Shown: positions 51,462 through 64,000 of the stretch, in pieces
Layout: each line of letters opens with the position of its first letter
How positions within the stretch are numbered: position 1 is the stretch's first letter
Origin: Octopus sinensis
Lineage: Eukaryota
Assembly (NCBI RefSeq): GCF_006345805.1
Contig: NC_043001.1
Span: forward strand, 116,498,001 to 116,562,000
DNA length: 64,000 nucleotides
Reading direction: 5' to 3'
Notes under the pieces: model-generated
Database searches by the model: none
Told to the model about the DNA's origin: nothing
Seen by the model: the letters and a program-made list of their open reading frames with translations, nothing else
Made by a program: the position numbers and the translations under genes

Positions 51462-51878
51462 TACTCTTTTTCTCTTTTTACTCTTTTTACTTGTTTCAGT
51501 CATTTGACTGCGGCCATGCTGGAGCACCGCCTTTAATCGAGCAACTCGACCCTGGGACTTATTCTTTTGTAAGCCCAGTACTTATTCTATCGGTCTCTTT
51601 TGCCGAACCGCTAAGTAACGGGGACATAAACACACCAGCATCGGTTGTCAAGCAATGCTAGGGGGACAAACACAGACACACAAACACACACACATATATA
51701 TATATGCATACATACGACGGGCTTCTTTCAGTTTCCGTCTACCAAATCCACTGACAAGGCATTGGTCGGCCCGAGGCTATAGTAGAAGACACTTGCCCAA
51801 GGTGCCACGCAGTGGGACTGAACCCAGAACCATGTGGTTGGTAAACAAGCTACTTTCCACACAGCCACTCCTGCACCT
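51462..51878 (-). mobile_element. SINE family A (young)
   Basis: Full length, CpG-retaining. Confidence 0.88.
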
Positions 51879-51972
51879 ATTAACAATCAATGAGAAGAAC
51901 AGAAGGAAAATAAGCACACATGTTCTTGGAGCATTCTCAAAGTATGTGTGCATGTGTATATATGAATGCATA

Positions 51973-52356
51973 GTGGAGGTGCAATGGCCCAGTGGTTAGG
52001 GCAGCGGACTCGCGGTCATAGGATCGCGGTTTCGATTCCCAGACCGGGCGTTGTGAGTGTTTATTGAGCAAAAACACCTAAAGCTCTACGAGGCTCCGGC
52101 AGGGGATGGTGGTGATCCCTGCTGTACTCTTTCACCACAACTTTCTCTCACTCTTACTTCCTGTTTCTAATGTACCTGTATTTCAAAGGGCCGGCCTTGT
52201 CACTCTCTGTGTCATGCTGAATATCCCCGAGAACTACGTTAAGGGTACACATGTCTGTGGAGTGCTCAGCCACTTACACGTTAATTTCACGAGCAGGCTG
52301 TTCCGTTGATCGGATCAACCGGAACCCTCATCGTCGTAACCAACAGAGTGCTTCCA
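51973..52356 (+). mobile_element. SINE family B
   Basis: Full length; degenerate TSD A(T/C)ATGAATGC(A/G)TA. Confidence 0.9.
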
Positions 52357-53130
52357 TCATACATGAATGCGTACATACACACATATATTACATACGTACA
52401 ACCATACATATATTATATTGCATGTCTGCTAACCAACAGATAGAAATAGAGAATAAAGTCTGAGATTATAGAATAGGAAAACATCATTTCAGGTGATTAG
52501 GTTTAGTTTAGATTTAGTTCTTTATTTCAATGGTGTATTTAGTTGCTACAAAGAAGACCAATAGTCTGTGATTCTCATTTCACTTTAGCACCATTTCTGA
52601 AAATAGCAGGCATTGATTAGGTTTGGTTGAAAGACACTGATCCATATGGTAATGATAGCAAAATTAAACACAGAGATTACTGATCGATGTTTCACATAAA
52701 ACGAATCATCCGGTTTAGTAAGCAAACTGACCAAGCATCAAAGACAGCATCTTGGAGTTACTTTCAGCTCATCACCTCATCATTGATTAAGATGAAGATG
52801 TTATGATGGTAATGTAGTTTCAATGCTGAAATCTGTCCTACCAAGCTATGCAATGATTGGTTCAAAGTTCAGTCACATGTTTTTATGTTATGAATATTGT
52901 TCGGCATGCTAAGACAAGACTCTGTCAAGTCTGATCTGAGGCTAAACAACAACAAACACAAAACAAATTAGGGGTGGGATATCTTTTGAACATGTAAGAA
53001 GTAGATTAGAAGTGGGGGGACCTTTCCTGTTAGAGAGCCACAGTGAAGTTAATTGCCAGACAAAGGCTGCACTAAAGTAAAGGGTCCATTGGCTGCTATT
53101 CTAACTAAACATGTGAGAGTAAGAATGTGA

Positions 53131-53173
<43 letters not shown>

Positions 53174-53466
53174 GTACCATTTGACAACTTGTGGAGGTTT
53201 GTTTACATGCCTGTGACTTAGTAGTTCAGCAAAAACTGAGAATGACAAAATAGACATCAGACTTAAATACTAGGGTTGATTTGATCAACTAAAAGTACCC
53301 CTTTGAGATGGTTGCCCCAGTATACCCAAAGTCAAGTGACTGAAACAAGTTAAAGAATATACCACACCAATATGCAATGGAATATATTACATCAATATAC
53401 AAATATCCACATGCATCTATGAATGTATAGTGTGTGTGTGTGAGTGAGAGAGAGAGAGAGAGAGAG

Positions 53467-53506
<40 letters not shown>

Positions 53507-54677
53507 AGTGAGGGGCTGCAAAATTAGCAAGACAAAGGGTGGTGCCTATGATATTTTGATCCATTTAGGTTGCTTACCTTTATGTCGGGTCAACTTCACC
53601 TTTCCTTTCTTTTTAAGGTCAATAAAATTAGCAGCAAACAAAATAGAAGGATTGATATAATGTAAATAAGGTCCTTGAAGGCAATGCTCTAGAATCACCA
53701 ATGCTTAATGACTAACCAGTAAATAAAAAAAAATAAAATGAAATAATGTCCTCGCTGGAAATCAAAACTGGATCAGAGAGAGAGAGAGAGAACATGCAAT
53801 AATGATTCTTGTACAATAATTATACTGTTGATGTCAATTAGTTTATTAAATATACATGAAGCTGTTTGATACGACAACTGAGTGAGTTACACATGGAATA
53901 CTTAATGTAATCCTTTGATTCAGATGTTGAGGGCTGCATCCACTCATGTAAGGAATAATGTTGATGGTGGTGGTGGTGGTGGTTGTGGCAATATTGGTGG
54001 TGATGGTGACAATGACAACAGTGGTGAGGGCAATTGTGGTGATGGTGGTAGTGGTGGATGTGATGATGGTGGTGGTGGGTTAGTGATGATTATCATATTC
54101 CCATCAATGGTTACATGTAATTAGAACAATAACAATAAGGATATTGATTTTTAATTACAGGGGAATGGCTTCAGACTTAAAATAGAAATGAGACTGTGTC
54201 ACAAGCATGCCTTGCCCAATGACATGAAAGTCAAAAGAACAGCTTACAATTGAAAATTACAAGTAGACACACTAAGAGTTTATGGTTACTCTTAAGGACA
54301 TTGACAATGCATGTGTGTGTGTGTGTGTATGTAACACTATGCAAATGGCAGTCAGAAGCTGAGATTTGAGGACACTTAGCTGCTGCTTCTTGAAAGTCAT
54401 GCAACAGGATAAAGGCCTCTAACTTTATTGGCTCAAGTATATAAATATATGAACTATATTTTGTGTGTGCGTGTTTTCACTTTTCAATTTTTTTAAAATG
54501 CGCTTGAATTTTTTTTTTTAAATTGCATTTCACACTTATGCAAAATTGTATTTTACACCAATAATGACAAATATTTTTTTTCAAATAGATAATACAAAAA
54601 CAACAACAAAGTCCTGTCCAACCCATGCCAGCATGGACAACAGATGTTAAATGATGATGATGAATCCAATAATCTTT

Positions 54678-54890
54678 TCTACTCTAAGCACAAGGCCTGA
54701 AATTTTTTGAGGGGAGACGGTCAGTCGATTAGATCAGCCCCAGTATGCAACTGGTATTTAATTTATTAACCCTGAAAGGATGAAAGGCAGAGTCGACCTC
54801 GGCAAAATTTGAACTCAGAACATAAAGACAGATGAAATACTGCTAAACATTTCACCCAGCATGCTAGCGTTTCTGCCAGCTCACCACCTA
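54678..54890 (-). mobile_element. SINE family C (alternative 3' tail, as at 3275-3488)
   Basis: Head plus GGATGAAAGGCAGAGTCGACC core. Confidence 0.78.
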
Positions 54891-54922
54891 TGATGAATCC
54901 CATAATAAAACAAAGTACTCAC

Positions 54923-55102
54923 GTTCAAATCTCTCCAGGTCCTCCTCGGTATATGATCTCCGATTTACAGCTGGAGTTCCTAGTCGTGTTCGATATCTAC
55001 TGTACAGTTCCTTCTGACCAATGAGCTCTGCTTTGTCATGTAGCATATCTAATAGGCTACTGTTTTTATCAGTAGTCAATGGCTGATCAGTGTTACAAAA
55101 AC
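54923..55102 (-). CDS. Probable internal coding exon (180 bp, phase 1-1) of an unidentified gene
   Basis: Acceptor ATATTCTTTTCCTCACAG| at 55103, donor |GTGAGTAC at 54922; open frame xFCNTDQPLTTDKNSSLLDMLHDKAELIGQKELYSRYRTRLGTPAVNRRSYTEEDLERFE; non-repetitive, with higher GC than the flanks. Confidence 0.62.
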
Positions 55103-55343
55103 CTGTGAGGAAAAGAATATTGTTAATATAAAGACAGCTTTAAACCACACACAAATGTATGTGCATATATAAATCTATCTCTTTAGACACACACACTTTG
55201 ATGTAATAATAGCCAATAAAATGTAGGTCAATTTCTCAATGATTGGTCAATTTCTCAATGATTGGTCAATTTCTCCATTCATACATTACATTGTATAAAG
55301 CGAGGAGAAACAAGAGTAATGGAAATATACAGAAGCAACTTAA

Positions 55344-55564
55344 CCCCTTCGTTACCAACCCGGCTGAAACCGGCTCTGGCTCTGAGTACAAACGTCTTGT
55401 TTTCATAAGTTTTGAATTAAAATCTTCCATCAAACCTTAGTCACAATTTATATTCCTAACACTAGCTGAATGATAACCAAGTTATTTTACTAAATCCTTT
55501 GTTATATTTAAAATAAATTGAAAGAACCACAGAGCATCTCAAAATAAATACAGTAACAAAAGGG
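55344..55564. mobile_element. piggyBac-type MITE (221 bp), same family as 20755-20976
   Basis: TTAA TSDs at 55340-55343 and 55565-55568; CCC...GGG termini. Confidence 0.85.
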
Positions 55565-56624
55565 TTAACATATGAAGTGAAGTATGAATGCTTAGTGGCA
55601 GGCAACGAGTGAAAACATGTAGCAGACACTCACACACACGCACACACGCACGCACGCACACACACACCCAGAAAAACAGAGAGGGAGGTGGAATGGAAGG
55701 AGGACAGGAAGTGGGGTCATGAAAAATGGGAGGATAGGAGGAAGAGTGGGAGGAAGAAGAATGCAGAGAAGGGAGAAAGAGGAGGGTAGGAAGAAGAAGA
55801 GGAAGAATGGGGGAGGAAAGGGGATGGGAGGGTGGGTGGAGGAGTAAATGATGAGCAGTTATGGGAGGTTTATACAAAGAAAATTTGTTTCATTTAAATT
55901 TAATTTCAAGGTAATTAAATATTTTTCCTTTGAATATTAATATTCCTTTTGTCATTGTGTATAAGTTTCAAGAAATTTGATAAAAGACAAATTATTAGTG
56001 AGTAAATATGCTATATTTCTTGATATTACTTATTCATTGAATTAATGTGATAGTGGTTGAGTATTCCACAAATCTGTGTACTTTTAAAGTAATTCTGAAG
56101 CAGAATCTGTATGTGTAATGAAGCTGAACCTTTGAATCTCAAGTGCAATCCATTCAATGGGCTTCTGCACAGTTTCCATCGAAGTTCACTCACTAAGTAT
56201 GGCTCAATCTGGGGCCATGAGATTGAAACTGAAACCATGCTTGCATGAGTCAGATGGAATTTGTTGGGGTATATTCTCTACAGCTGGATACATTTCCTGT
56301 TGCTAACCCTCACCTGTTTCCAAGTAAGATAATATTTCCCCATGGCCAGATATGTTTTTCATGAAAGAGTATGATGATGATGATGATGATGATGCTCATT
56401 TACAACCATCACATGTTATCTAAAGAAGGGTATACACAAACACATACATATACACAATGGGCTTCTATCAGTTTCCCTTTGCCAAATCCATTCACGAGGC
56501 TTTGGGCACCTGCTCAAGGGGCTACACAGTAAATCTATATAGTTGGGAAGCAAGTTTGTTAACCACAGCCACACCTGTGACTATGTTTATATAAATTGTA
56601 CTTTATAATACAGTGGGTAACATC

Positions 56625-57547
56625 ATCATCATCATCATCATCATCGTTTAACGTCCGTTCTCCATGCTAGCATGGGTTGGACGGTTCGACCGGGGATCTG
56701 GGAAGCCAGAAGGCTGCACCAGGCTCCAGTCTTATCTGGTAATGTTTCTACAGCTGGATGCCCTTCCTAACGCCAACCACTCCGTGAGTGTAGTGGGTGC
56801 TTTTTACGTGCCACCTGCACAGGTGCCAGGCGAGGCTGGCAACGGCCACGGTCGGATTGGTGTATTTTATGTGCCACCGGCATGGAAGCCAGTCGAGGCG
56901 GTGCTGTCAGATAGTGCTTTTTACGTACCACCAGACCAGGGATCCTGGCTGGTTCAATTCGATTTCGATTTCGCTTGCCCCAACATGTCTTCGCAAGCAA
57001 AGGGGGTTGGCATGGGTGCCTGTCGTACGGTCGGATTGGTGTATTTTACGTCCCACCGGCACAGAAGCCAGTGGAGGCGGCGCTGGCATCGGCCACGAGT
57101 CGGATAGTGCTTTTTACGTACCACCAGACCAGGGATCCTGGCTGGTTCAATTCGATCTCGATTTCGCTTGCCCCAACATGTCTTCGCAAACAAAGGGGGT
57201 TGGCATGGGTGCCTGTCGTACGGGCGGATTGGTGTATTTTACGTGCCACCGGCACGGAAGCCAGTGGAGGCGGCGCTGGCATCGGCCACGAGTCGGATAG
57301 AGCTTTTTACGTACCACCAGACCAGGGATCCTGGCTGGTTCAATTCGATCTCGATTTCGCTTGCCCCAACATGTCTTCGCAAACAAAGGGGGTTGGCATG
57401 GGTGCCTGTCGTACGGGCGGATTGGTGTATTTTACGTGCCACCGGCACGGAAGCCAGTGGAGGCGCTGGCATCGGCCACGAGTCGGATAGTGCTTTTTAC
57501 GTACCACCAGACCAGGGATCCTGGCTGGTTCAATTCGATTTCGATTT
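56625..57547 (-). mobile_element. Young RTE 3'-end retrocopy containing a 193-bp tandem array
   Basis: (CAT)n tail at the left; units at 56853, 57032, 57225 and 57418; 7-bp TSD TAACATC at 56618-56624 and 57548-57554. Confidence 0.88.
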
Positions 57548-58629
57548 TAACATCTCCATATTAAAGGCCAATCACCATGACAAAAAAGGAAGAAAGTATA
57601 CCGGGTGTCTAAAAGAACCAGCCAGTAACTCTCATTCAATAAGTGGCAGTGAAAATGTGTCAGTAACAAAGATGTTGAAAGCAAAAAAATTTAACACATC
57701 AAGGAATAAAGGAAAAATGAATTGAACAGTTTTGTGTGTTTTAAATGGCTAAAATAGCTCTTTCATGATATAGTAGCCTCAGTTTTAGCACAAGGTTATT
57801 GTACCAAGTCACTTGCCAAACAACTACAGTTCAGAATTTACATTGATCTGACTAGGACTTCAGCTTTCATCAGTTATAGCTTAATGAAGTGGTTGAATGG
57901 TTAAATACATCATTAAGCGTAAAGCTGGAATTCTAGTTAAAACAATATCATCAATGTATTTCACTTAATGTTTAGAGTCCTACCATCAACAAATGTTTTG
58001 TTGTTTTCCAACAACTTGAACCATAATACCAAATAGCATTCACGTACAGACACACGTGTATATAAAAAAATACAAATGGCTATATTTCAATAAAACAAGC
58101 CTTTGGCTTTTCCTATCCAAAAGGGGTTTTCAACCTGATATTTACAAGCCATTATTTATTGCTTTATGTGTGTGATTCAAGATATTCTCAAAATAGAATT
58201 AATTCACATTCTCTTGAAAGGTTATTTAGTTCTTAATGACATCACACATGCACATACACACATACACACACACATATGTATACATTTATATATATCTATA
58301 ATACATAAAAAGTCAGCTTGAATTTTGCTTGCTTGCAGTGTTACCCAGCCAAACTGGCACATAATGGAAAAATAGTATGAATTAAGTACCCGCTTTTGCA
58401 TTGCTTTAGCCTTCAAATGATGCCACCCCGCTGGCTAGGCCCGAGCCGACTGGAGCTTTGTGATTGAATTCGGCAGGTGGGAGTTGCTGCCATGTGTGTA
58501 TATGTGTGCGTGTAGCTGCTCAGTGCCTCTCCGAAAGAGAGAGAGGGATATATGTGTCTTTTTGGCTGTGTATATATGTATATATATACATACAGGTGCA
58601 CACACATTATATATATATATATACACACA

Positions 58630-58782
58630 CAATAGGATGCTGAAAAGTTCCTGGCTTTAAGGGTATCGCAAAAGGCCCTGCAATAAGTGTGTGAATCTGA
58701 GAGGGAAATATGTGAAATAAAATCATAATTCGCTGATCCTCCTGGCATTTACCCAAAGCCAGGAACTTTTCAACAGCCCTTG
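58630..58782 (+). mobile_element. mariner-derived MITE (internal deletion derivative)
   Basis: Inverted ends (T/C)TGAAAAGTTCCTGGCTTT; interior AAGTGTGTGAATCTGAGGGAAATATGTGAAATAA resembles the mariner C-terminal KCVxLxGxYVE*; TA at 58783-58784. Confidence 0.7.
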
Positions 58783-59254
58783 TATATATATTCATATATA
58801 CTCTTCTTTCCAGAACCTCTTCCTTTCAAAATCCATCCCTTACTTTCAATGTCTCCCTTTCCCATACATACACATACATAACTATACCATAGCCATTACT
58901 TGGAAATGAGTGTTATGTGGTAGCATGTACCATACTGTCACTGAAAATTTTAGGTGTCTTTGGAGTTGTAAGAAGAAATGGATAACTTCTCACTCCTCCC
59001 AACTTGACTCAGCAGAACGTCTAAGATGGAACGGCATAAGAAGGAGGAAGGGCTGCACCAACATTCAGTTGGTACTCCCTTCTGTTGAGTAAGCATGGAG
59101 TGGCAATAATGAAGTGCTTTACTCAATGATATAATGTACTAACCAGACCATGAATTGAAACCACATCTTTCTGATCAGGAGCTCCACGTTATGAACACTA
59201 GGTCACACACCCTTACACACATATACACACAAATACACATACATGAATTATATA

Positions 59255-59554
59255 CAAGTGTGTGTGTATGTATGTATGTGTATTTGTGTGTTTGTGTGTG
59301 TGTATGTGTGTGTGTATCTGTGAGTATGTATGTGTGTGTATGTGTGTGTATGTGTGTGTGTGTGTGTATGTGTGTGTATGTGTGTGTATGTGTATGTATG
59401 TGTGTGTATGTGTGTGTATGTGTGTGTATTTGTGTGAGTATGTATGTGTGTGTATGTGTGTGTGTATGTGTGTGTGTATGTGTGTGTGTATGTGTGTGTA
59501 TGTATGTGTGTGTATGTGTGTGTGTATCTGTGTGTGTGTTTGTGTGTGTATGTA

Positions 59555-59600
<46 letters not shown>
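59255..59600. repeat. (TG)n/(TATG)n microsatellite
   Basis: Direct inspection. Confidence 0.95.
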
Positions 59601-59602
<2 letters not shown>

Positions 59603-61045
59603 CGCACTTGCATATTTGAAATACTTTTCTCTTTATCATTTCATAAATGTACAGATTCTCGTTCTTCATCATCCCTACCTCACCCATCTCCCCTACCTCA
59701 CCCATCTCCCCTATCTCCAAAGTATTTCCAATTTCACTGGTTACAAGCAGTGACTGGTAGAGATAGGACACTGCGATTGTTATGATTACACAAGGTAAAT
59801 AAGGATGTGCTGTGTTAGCAGGTAAATATAAGTCGGAAATATAGAAAAAATTTTTTTTATCTATTTAAGCAGGTTAACTTAGGAAATAAGGATCTCAAAA
59901 TATCTCCTGAGATGAATATTTAACTCGTCACATATAAATTGGATTAAGAATATATGTTGCTATTCGTAAAGTATAGATCATTGGTAGTGTGGCCGTACAC
60001 ACACATACATGTGTGTGTGTATAACACATACATATACACATATAGATATATACACAACAGAATCAGATTCAAAAGACCCTTTAGCATTAAAATGATATAT
60101 AGAAAATTTACTTTTTTTTTTGTTAGTATCTAATTTTATACATTTGTAAGACTATCTTTTGTATGTTTCAAAAGGATGTTATAACCAAAAGATGAGAATA
60201 TTCTTTATCCTAAAATATGGCAAAATGTACGGGCTTATTATCATCATTTAACATGTATCTTCTTTGCTGACAAGGAAGAGTTGGATTGTTTGACAAGATC
60301 AAAGCAGAGTTGGAGATTGGGTTGAGCTCCAATACATACACATGCACACATACACACACACACACACCAGTAAGTATTTACAGATAAATGTATTCATATT
60401 CAGACAAAGACATGACTGGTCAAATAGCGATATTATTAGGTTACTAGCCTGTTGATCAGATTTGTGCAGACTGGGGTTGAAAATTCGTAAGGTTAACAAT
60501 GTCAAAACAACATACTAGTAAAAGAAGACACAACTGCCTAACAAAGCCCTTCAAAATGATCTTCATCAGAGACTTTCCTACACAAATGTAAGATATACAA
60601 TGCATGCCTAAGACATATATTAATGAATGTACACGCACATACATACTCTCTTATACACACACACACCTTCATGTTGGGGGTCATCTTTACTTTGTTATCT
60701 CCCCTACTTTCCTTCTCGTGTATCCAAGTCAGTCGCCATGATAGATTGCTAGCCACTACACACATTTTTTCTCTCCTTGTTTTTTTCTGTGTCCCTTTCT
60801 GTAGAAGAGTAGGCTTGAAACGTAAAAGACTTTTTCTATTCCTGAGCGTTATAGAAATACATCTGTTTGTTTTGTACACCACCTGTCTTCGTCTTTTGTT
60901 TTTTTCATAAATTCTTCCTATAAATGAATGCATATAGGTTTTCCCACTTTTATGAGAGATAGCTAGAAAATGTGCTCTTATATGCTACATGTTCCCCAAT
61001 TTCAATTAAATGGCTTTGATTCTTGAATAGCATGCTCTAGTTTAA

Positions 61046-61265
61046 CCCTTTAGTATTCAGATTACTGTCAAATGTAATGATTATTTATTCAGTGTCCTGA
61101 ATTGATCATGCATTAACTTGTGGCTTGGATATTTCAATGATGTGATTGTTAATACTTGCAATGACATTGTCTGTTAGGTGCAAGCAGCAATATCTGACGG
61201 GTTTGAACATACATAAAACAGGTAAAACACTCAGGCCAGATATGACTGGTTTAAATGCTAAAGGG
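61046..61265. mobile_element. piggyBac-type MITE, second family (220 bp)
   Basis: TTAA|CCCTTTAGTATTCA...TAAATGCTAAAGGG|TTAA. Confidence 0.8.
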
Positions 61266-61398
61266 TTAAGTAACAGGAGTTACCCTTGGTTTGTGCAAAG
61301 TGGAGGGGAGAACTTATTATACTTTTAATGCAAACAGTGAGTCCAAAAAAGAAAAAAAAGAAATTCCGCATGATCTGTTCATTAGAACTTTAAATATA

Positions 61399-61868
61399 CC
61401 GTAAATCCCCAAGTATAATCTGCACTTTTTTCCTAAAGTTTAAAGGTCAAAATCTCTAGTGCTTACTATATACGAGGTTAAAAATGAAAATTATTTTCTA
61501 GGCAATGTCCAAGTCTCTATTTGCTGTCCGGCAATGTTTATTCGGATGCATTTTGTGATGTCGGGCACAAAAATACCTCAAATCATCCATAACTTGCAGT
61601 TAGCAACATTTATTAAATATTATTTCTTTATTTTCTGCCAACAAAATGCACAAAAAAGTTACAAGTTTGCATTATGTTATATATACAATAATAATAAAGG
61701 ACGTTACTGTATACATTTTTACAAACCAAGGACGTTATATAGCCCTCTTTAACTCAAGTTAGAGAAGGGGTGCGTATTATACACAAGGTTTAGATTTTTC
61801 AGAGGTACAGCTCCCTAAAAACCCCTGCATATTATACTCAAGGGTGGACTATACTCAAGAATTTATGG
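61399..61868. mobile_element. pogo/Tigger-like MITE (470 bp)
   Basis: TA|CCGTAAATCCCCAAGTATAATC ... GGACTATACTCAAGAATTTATGG|TA; subterminal repeats of (T/C)TATAC(T/A)C. Confidence 0.7.
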
Positions 61869-61949
61869 TATAATCACCTGACAGCAAACTCCTCAATACT
61901 ACACCCTACCACCTCACTTGAGGGTTCTTATCTTGAAAGTTACTTCGTG

Positions 61950-62148
61950 ACCTCTCAAGTGCCACTGCCATGAAAATAGTACCCAATACTCTATAAAGTG
62001 GTTGACATTAGGAAGGTCATTTAGCCATAGGAACTATGCCAAAGCAGACATTGGAGTTTGGTGCAACCTCTGGCAAGTCAGCTCCTGCCAAATTGTCCAA
62101 CCTATTCCAGCATGGAAAGCAGATGCGAAATGGTGGTGATGATGATGG
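61950..62148 (+). mobile_element. RTE 3'-tail copy (diverged)
   Basis: GTGGTTGACATTAGGAAGG...CCAGCATGGAAAGCAGATG, followed by GAT repeats. Confidence 0.7.
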
Positions 62149-62452
62149 TACATAGCTTGAGTCCATCTAAAACATACAGACTTAGTCTGGAGTTTGTTTC
62201 TAGTTTTCATGGAGTTTAAGCATCCGAAATTATAAAAAACTATCCCCCTGGATGTGCCACTGGTATTCTCAGTTAAGTGGACTAGGGAAACATGAAGAGC
62301 AAAGATAACATGGTACCCATCTGAGAATCAAACCCCTGACCTAATGATCTTGAGCCAAATGCTAACCACTAGGATACATGCCTTCTCAGTCACACACACA
62401 TACACACACACACTTCTCTCTCTCAAAATATACGTTATATATATAAACACAT

Positions 62453-62484
<32 letters not shown>

Positions 62485-63572
62485 CATATACTATGCACCA
62501 GTATCTTTCAATCCAGCTGTACAAAGCCCATAGTGTTATAAAAATATGCCATTGTGTTGCAGTAAATATGTGTGCAGAAAGTAGAACTCTTCAGAATTTT
62601 AAGACAAATTGCTTTACAACAATGCACAGGAAGTTATCTCACAAGAACAGAGAAGAACCAGTGAGCTGAGAAAATAATTGGGTAATGAAGGCAATGAAGC
62701 ATGCACAGAGATGAGACAACGCATTATAGTGATGATAGAAAATAACCATAGATGAAAGAGGAATCAAGTGAACATGATTTTATCTGTTATGAGAACAATA
62801 ATACAGGATTGAGTGAGATGAAAAGATGGTATATTACAAACCTATACAGCTCTATGCCAACACTGAAATAAGTTTTATAGATAAATATACTCCATGGCAA
62901 CATGGAAATATAATATATTACAGGCCAATGCAATTCCATGCCAACATGGAAATATGGTATCTTACAAAAGAATTATACTCCATACTGACGAGGCACATTA
63001 CAGACCAATATTTTTTTCATGGATTTTCATGACTTTGTTGCCATCCAATTCCATCATTATGAATTTGAATTGGGAGCTTGAATCATAGTGAATTTTTATA
63101 CAACCATGGATGCCACCCCTATGGCTGTGTTGCAGTTACTCTCTTCATAAAGCTTGGTGATCCTGGTCATTGGTCTTCACGAATTCTTCAGCTCAGCATC
63201 AATGTAAGAAGCACTGTTGGCTCAGCTGAGCTCTTCCACTACCTCTTCACAATCCACCATGCTGCAGTCCCATGATTTCACCATATCCCTGGCAGAGTGG
63301 CTGAATAGGTGCTATGCCTTGCCAAAGGGGCAGCCCCTAACTATGCAGGGTATGGTCATCACTCCAGGAGGTATTTTCAAAATACCCACATATCCAAACA
63401 GACCAATATAACTTCGTATTAATATGGAAAGAGATACTGGGAAAGCTCACTTAATCTTGGAAGTCATCATCTTTACTGATATATCAAACTTTACACTAAG
63501 TGGCATCCCGTATAACAAGAAATATCAAGTTCCTTAGATTCCAGATATCACACTATTTTCTTTCATATTATA

Positions 63573-63844
63573 CTAGCAGTATCGCCCGGCGTTGCTCGGG
63601 TTGTAAGGGAAATAACTATATAAGCATTTTTAGAGATGTAAAGTATAATAGCCATCTCAATATGGATAACCACAAAAGGGGGGGTTATGTAGCTTTTTAC
63701 GTTCTGAGATTTAATAATACATTTTTAGAGAGGTACTTCCCTTATATAATAGCAAAAAAAATGCATTAAAGAGGGAAAAATGATTGGGAAAATTTTTTTT
63801 AAATCGTAGACTCATCGTAGACGCGCGCTAATACCCAGAAGGGC
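63573..63844 (-). mobile_element. Helitron-type element (same family as 27798-28170), truncated at a duplication junction
   Basis: CTAGCAGTATCGCCCGGCGTTGCTCGGG at 63573; matches the 27.8-kb copy up to ...CCCAGAAGGGC at 63844. Confidence 0.8.
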
Positions 63845-64000
63845 ATCAAACCCCTGACCTAATGATCTTGAGCCAAATGCTAACCACTAGGATACATGCC
63901 TTCTCAGTCACACACACATACACACACACCTTCTCTCTCTCTCAAATATACGTTATATATATAAACACATTGTGTGTGTATATATATATATATATATATA

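Noticed and set aside
56664-57725. Several 150-185 aa ORFs with internal repeats
   Set aside because: Products of the GC-rich 193-bp tandem array in a LINE 3' UTR; open in multiple frames on both strands.
59656-59793. Plus-strand segment with a good acceptor and GTAAAT donor
   Set aside because: All three frames contain stops, and the Pro/Ser pattern comes from an 18-bp tandem repeat.

Overview
AT-rich, microsatellite-dense animal genomic DNA. The repeat families and extreme simple-repeat load suggest a coleoid cephalopod, probably Octopus (inference, not verified). The window is essentially intronic or intergenic, and almost all ORF-track entries are artefacts of microsatellites or SINEs. 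Supported content: three tRNA-derived SINE groups (A, with a CORE-like motif; B; C, with a Meta/MESC-like central motif) in many copies; RTE-clade LINE 3' ends with (GAT)n tails; a CR1/L2-type 3' end; a complete but decayed 1.27-kb Tc1 element with DD36E spacing; a decayed DD37D(maT)-like element; piggyBac-type (TTAA), pogo/Tigger-type and mariner-derived MITEs; three non-autonomous Helitron-type copies; and one convincing 180-bp phase-1/1 coding exon on the minus strand (54923-55102) of an unidentified gene. The most interesting signal is a family of small elements next to (TA)n/(CATA)n tracts that carry minimal type-I hammerhead ribozymes with palindromic helix-III loops (10357-10427 plus, 40663-40732 minus). 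The two copies show compensatory changes in every helix, and one is embedded in a 141-bp fold-back. Three further hammerhead-like remnants occur (about 5.7, 25.1 and 60.8 kb), two of them in fold-back elements. Two SINE/LINE-derived tandem arrays bounded by target-site duplications (13.9-14.7 kb; 56.6-57.5 kb) also stand out.
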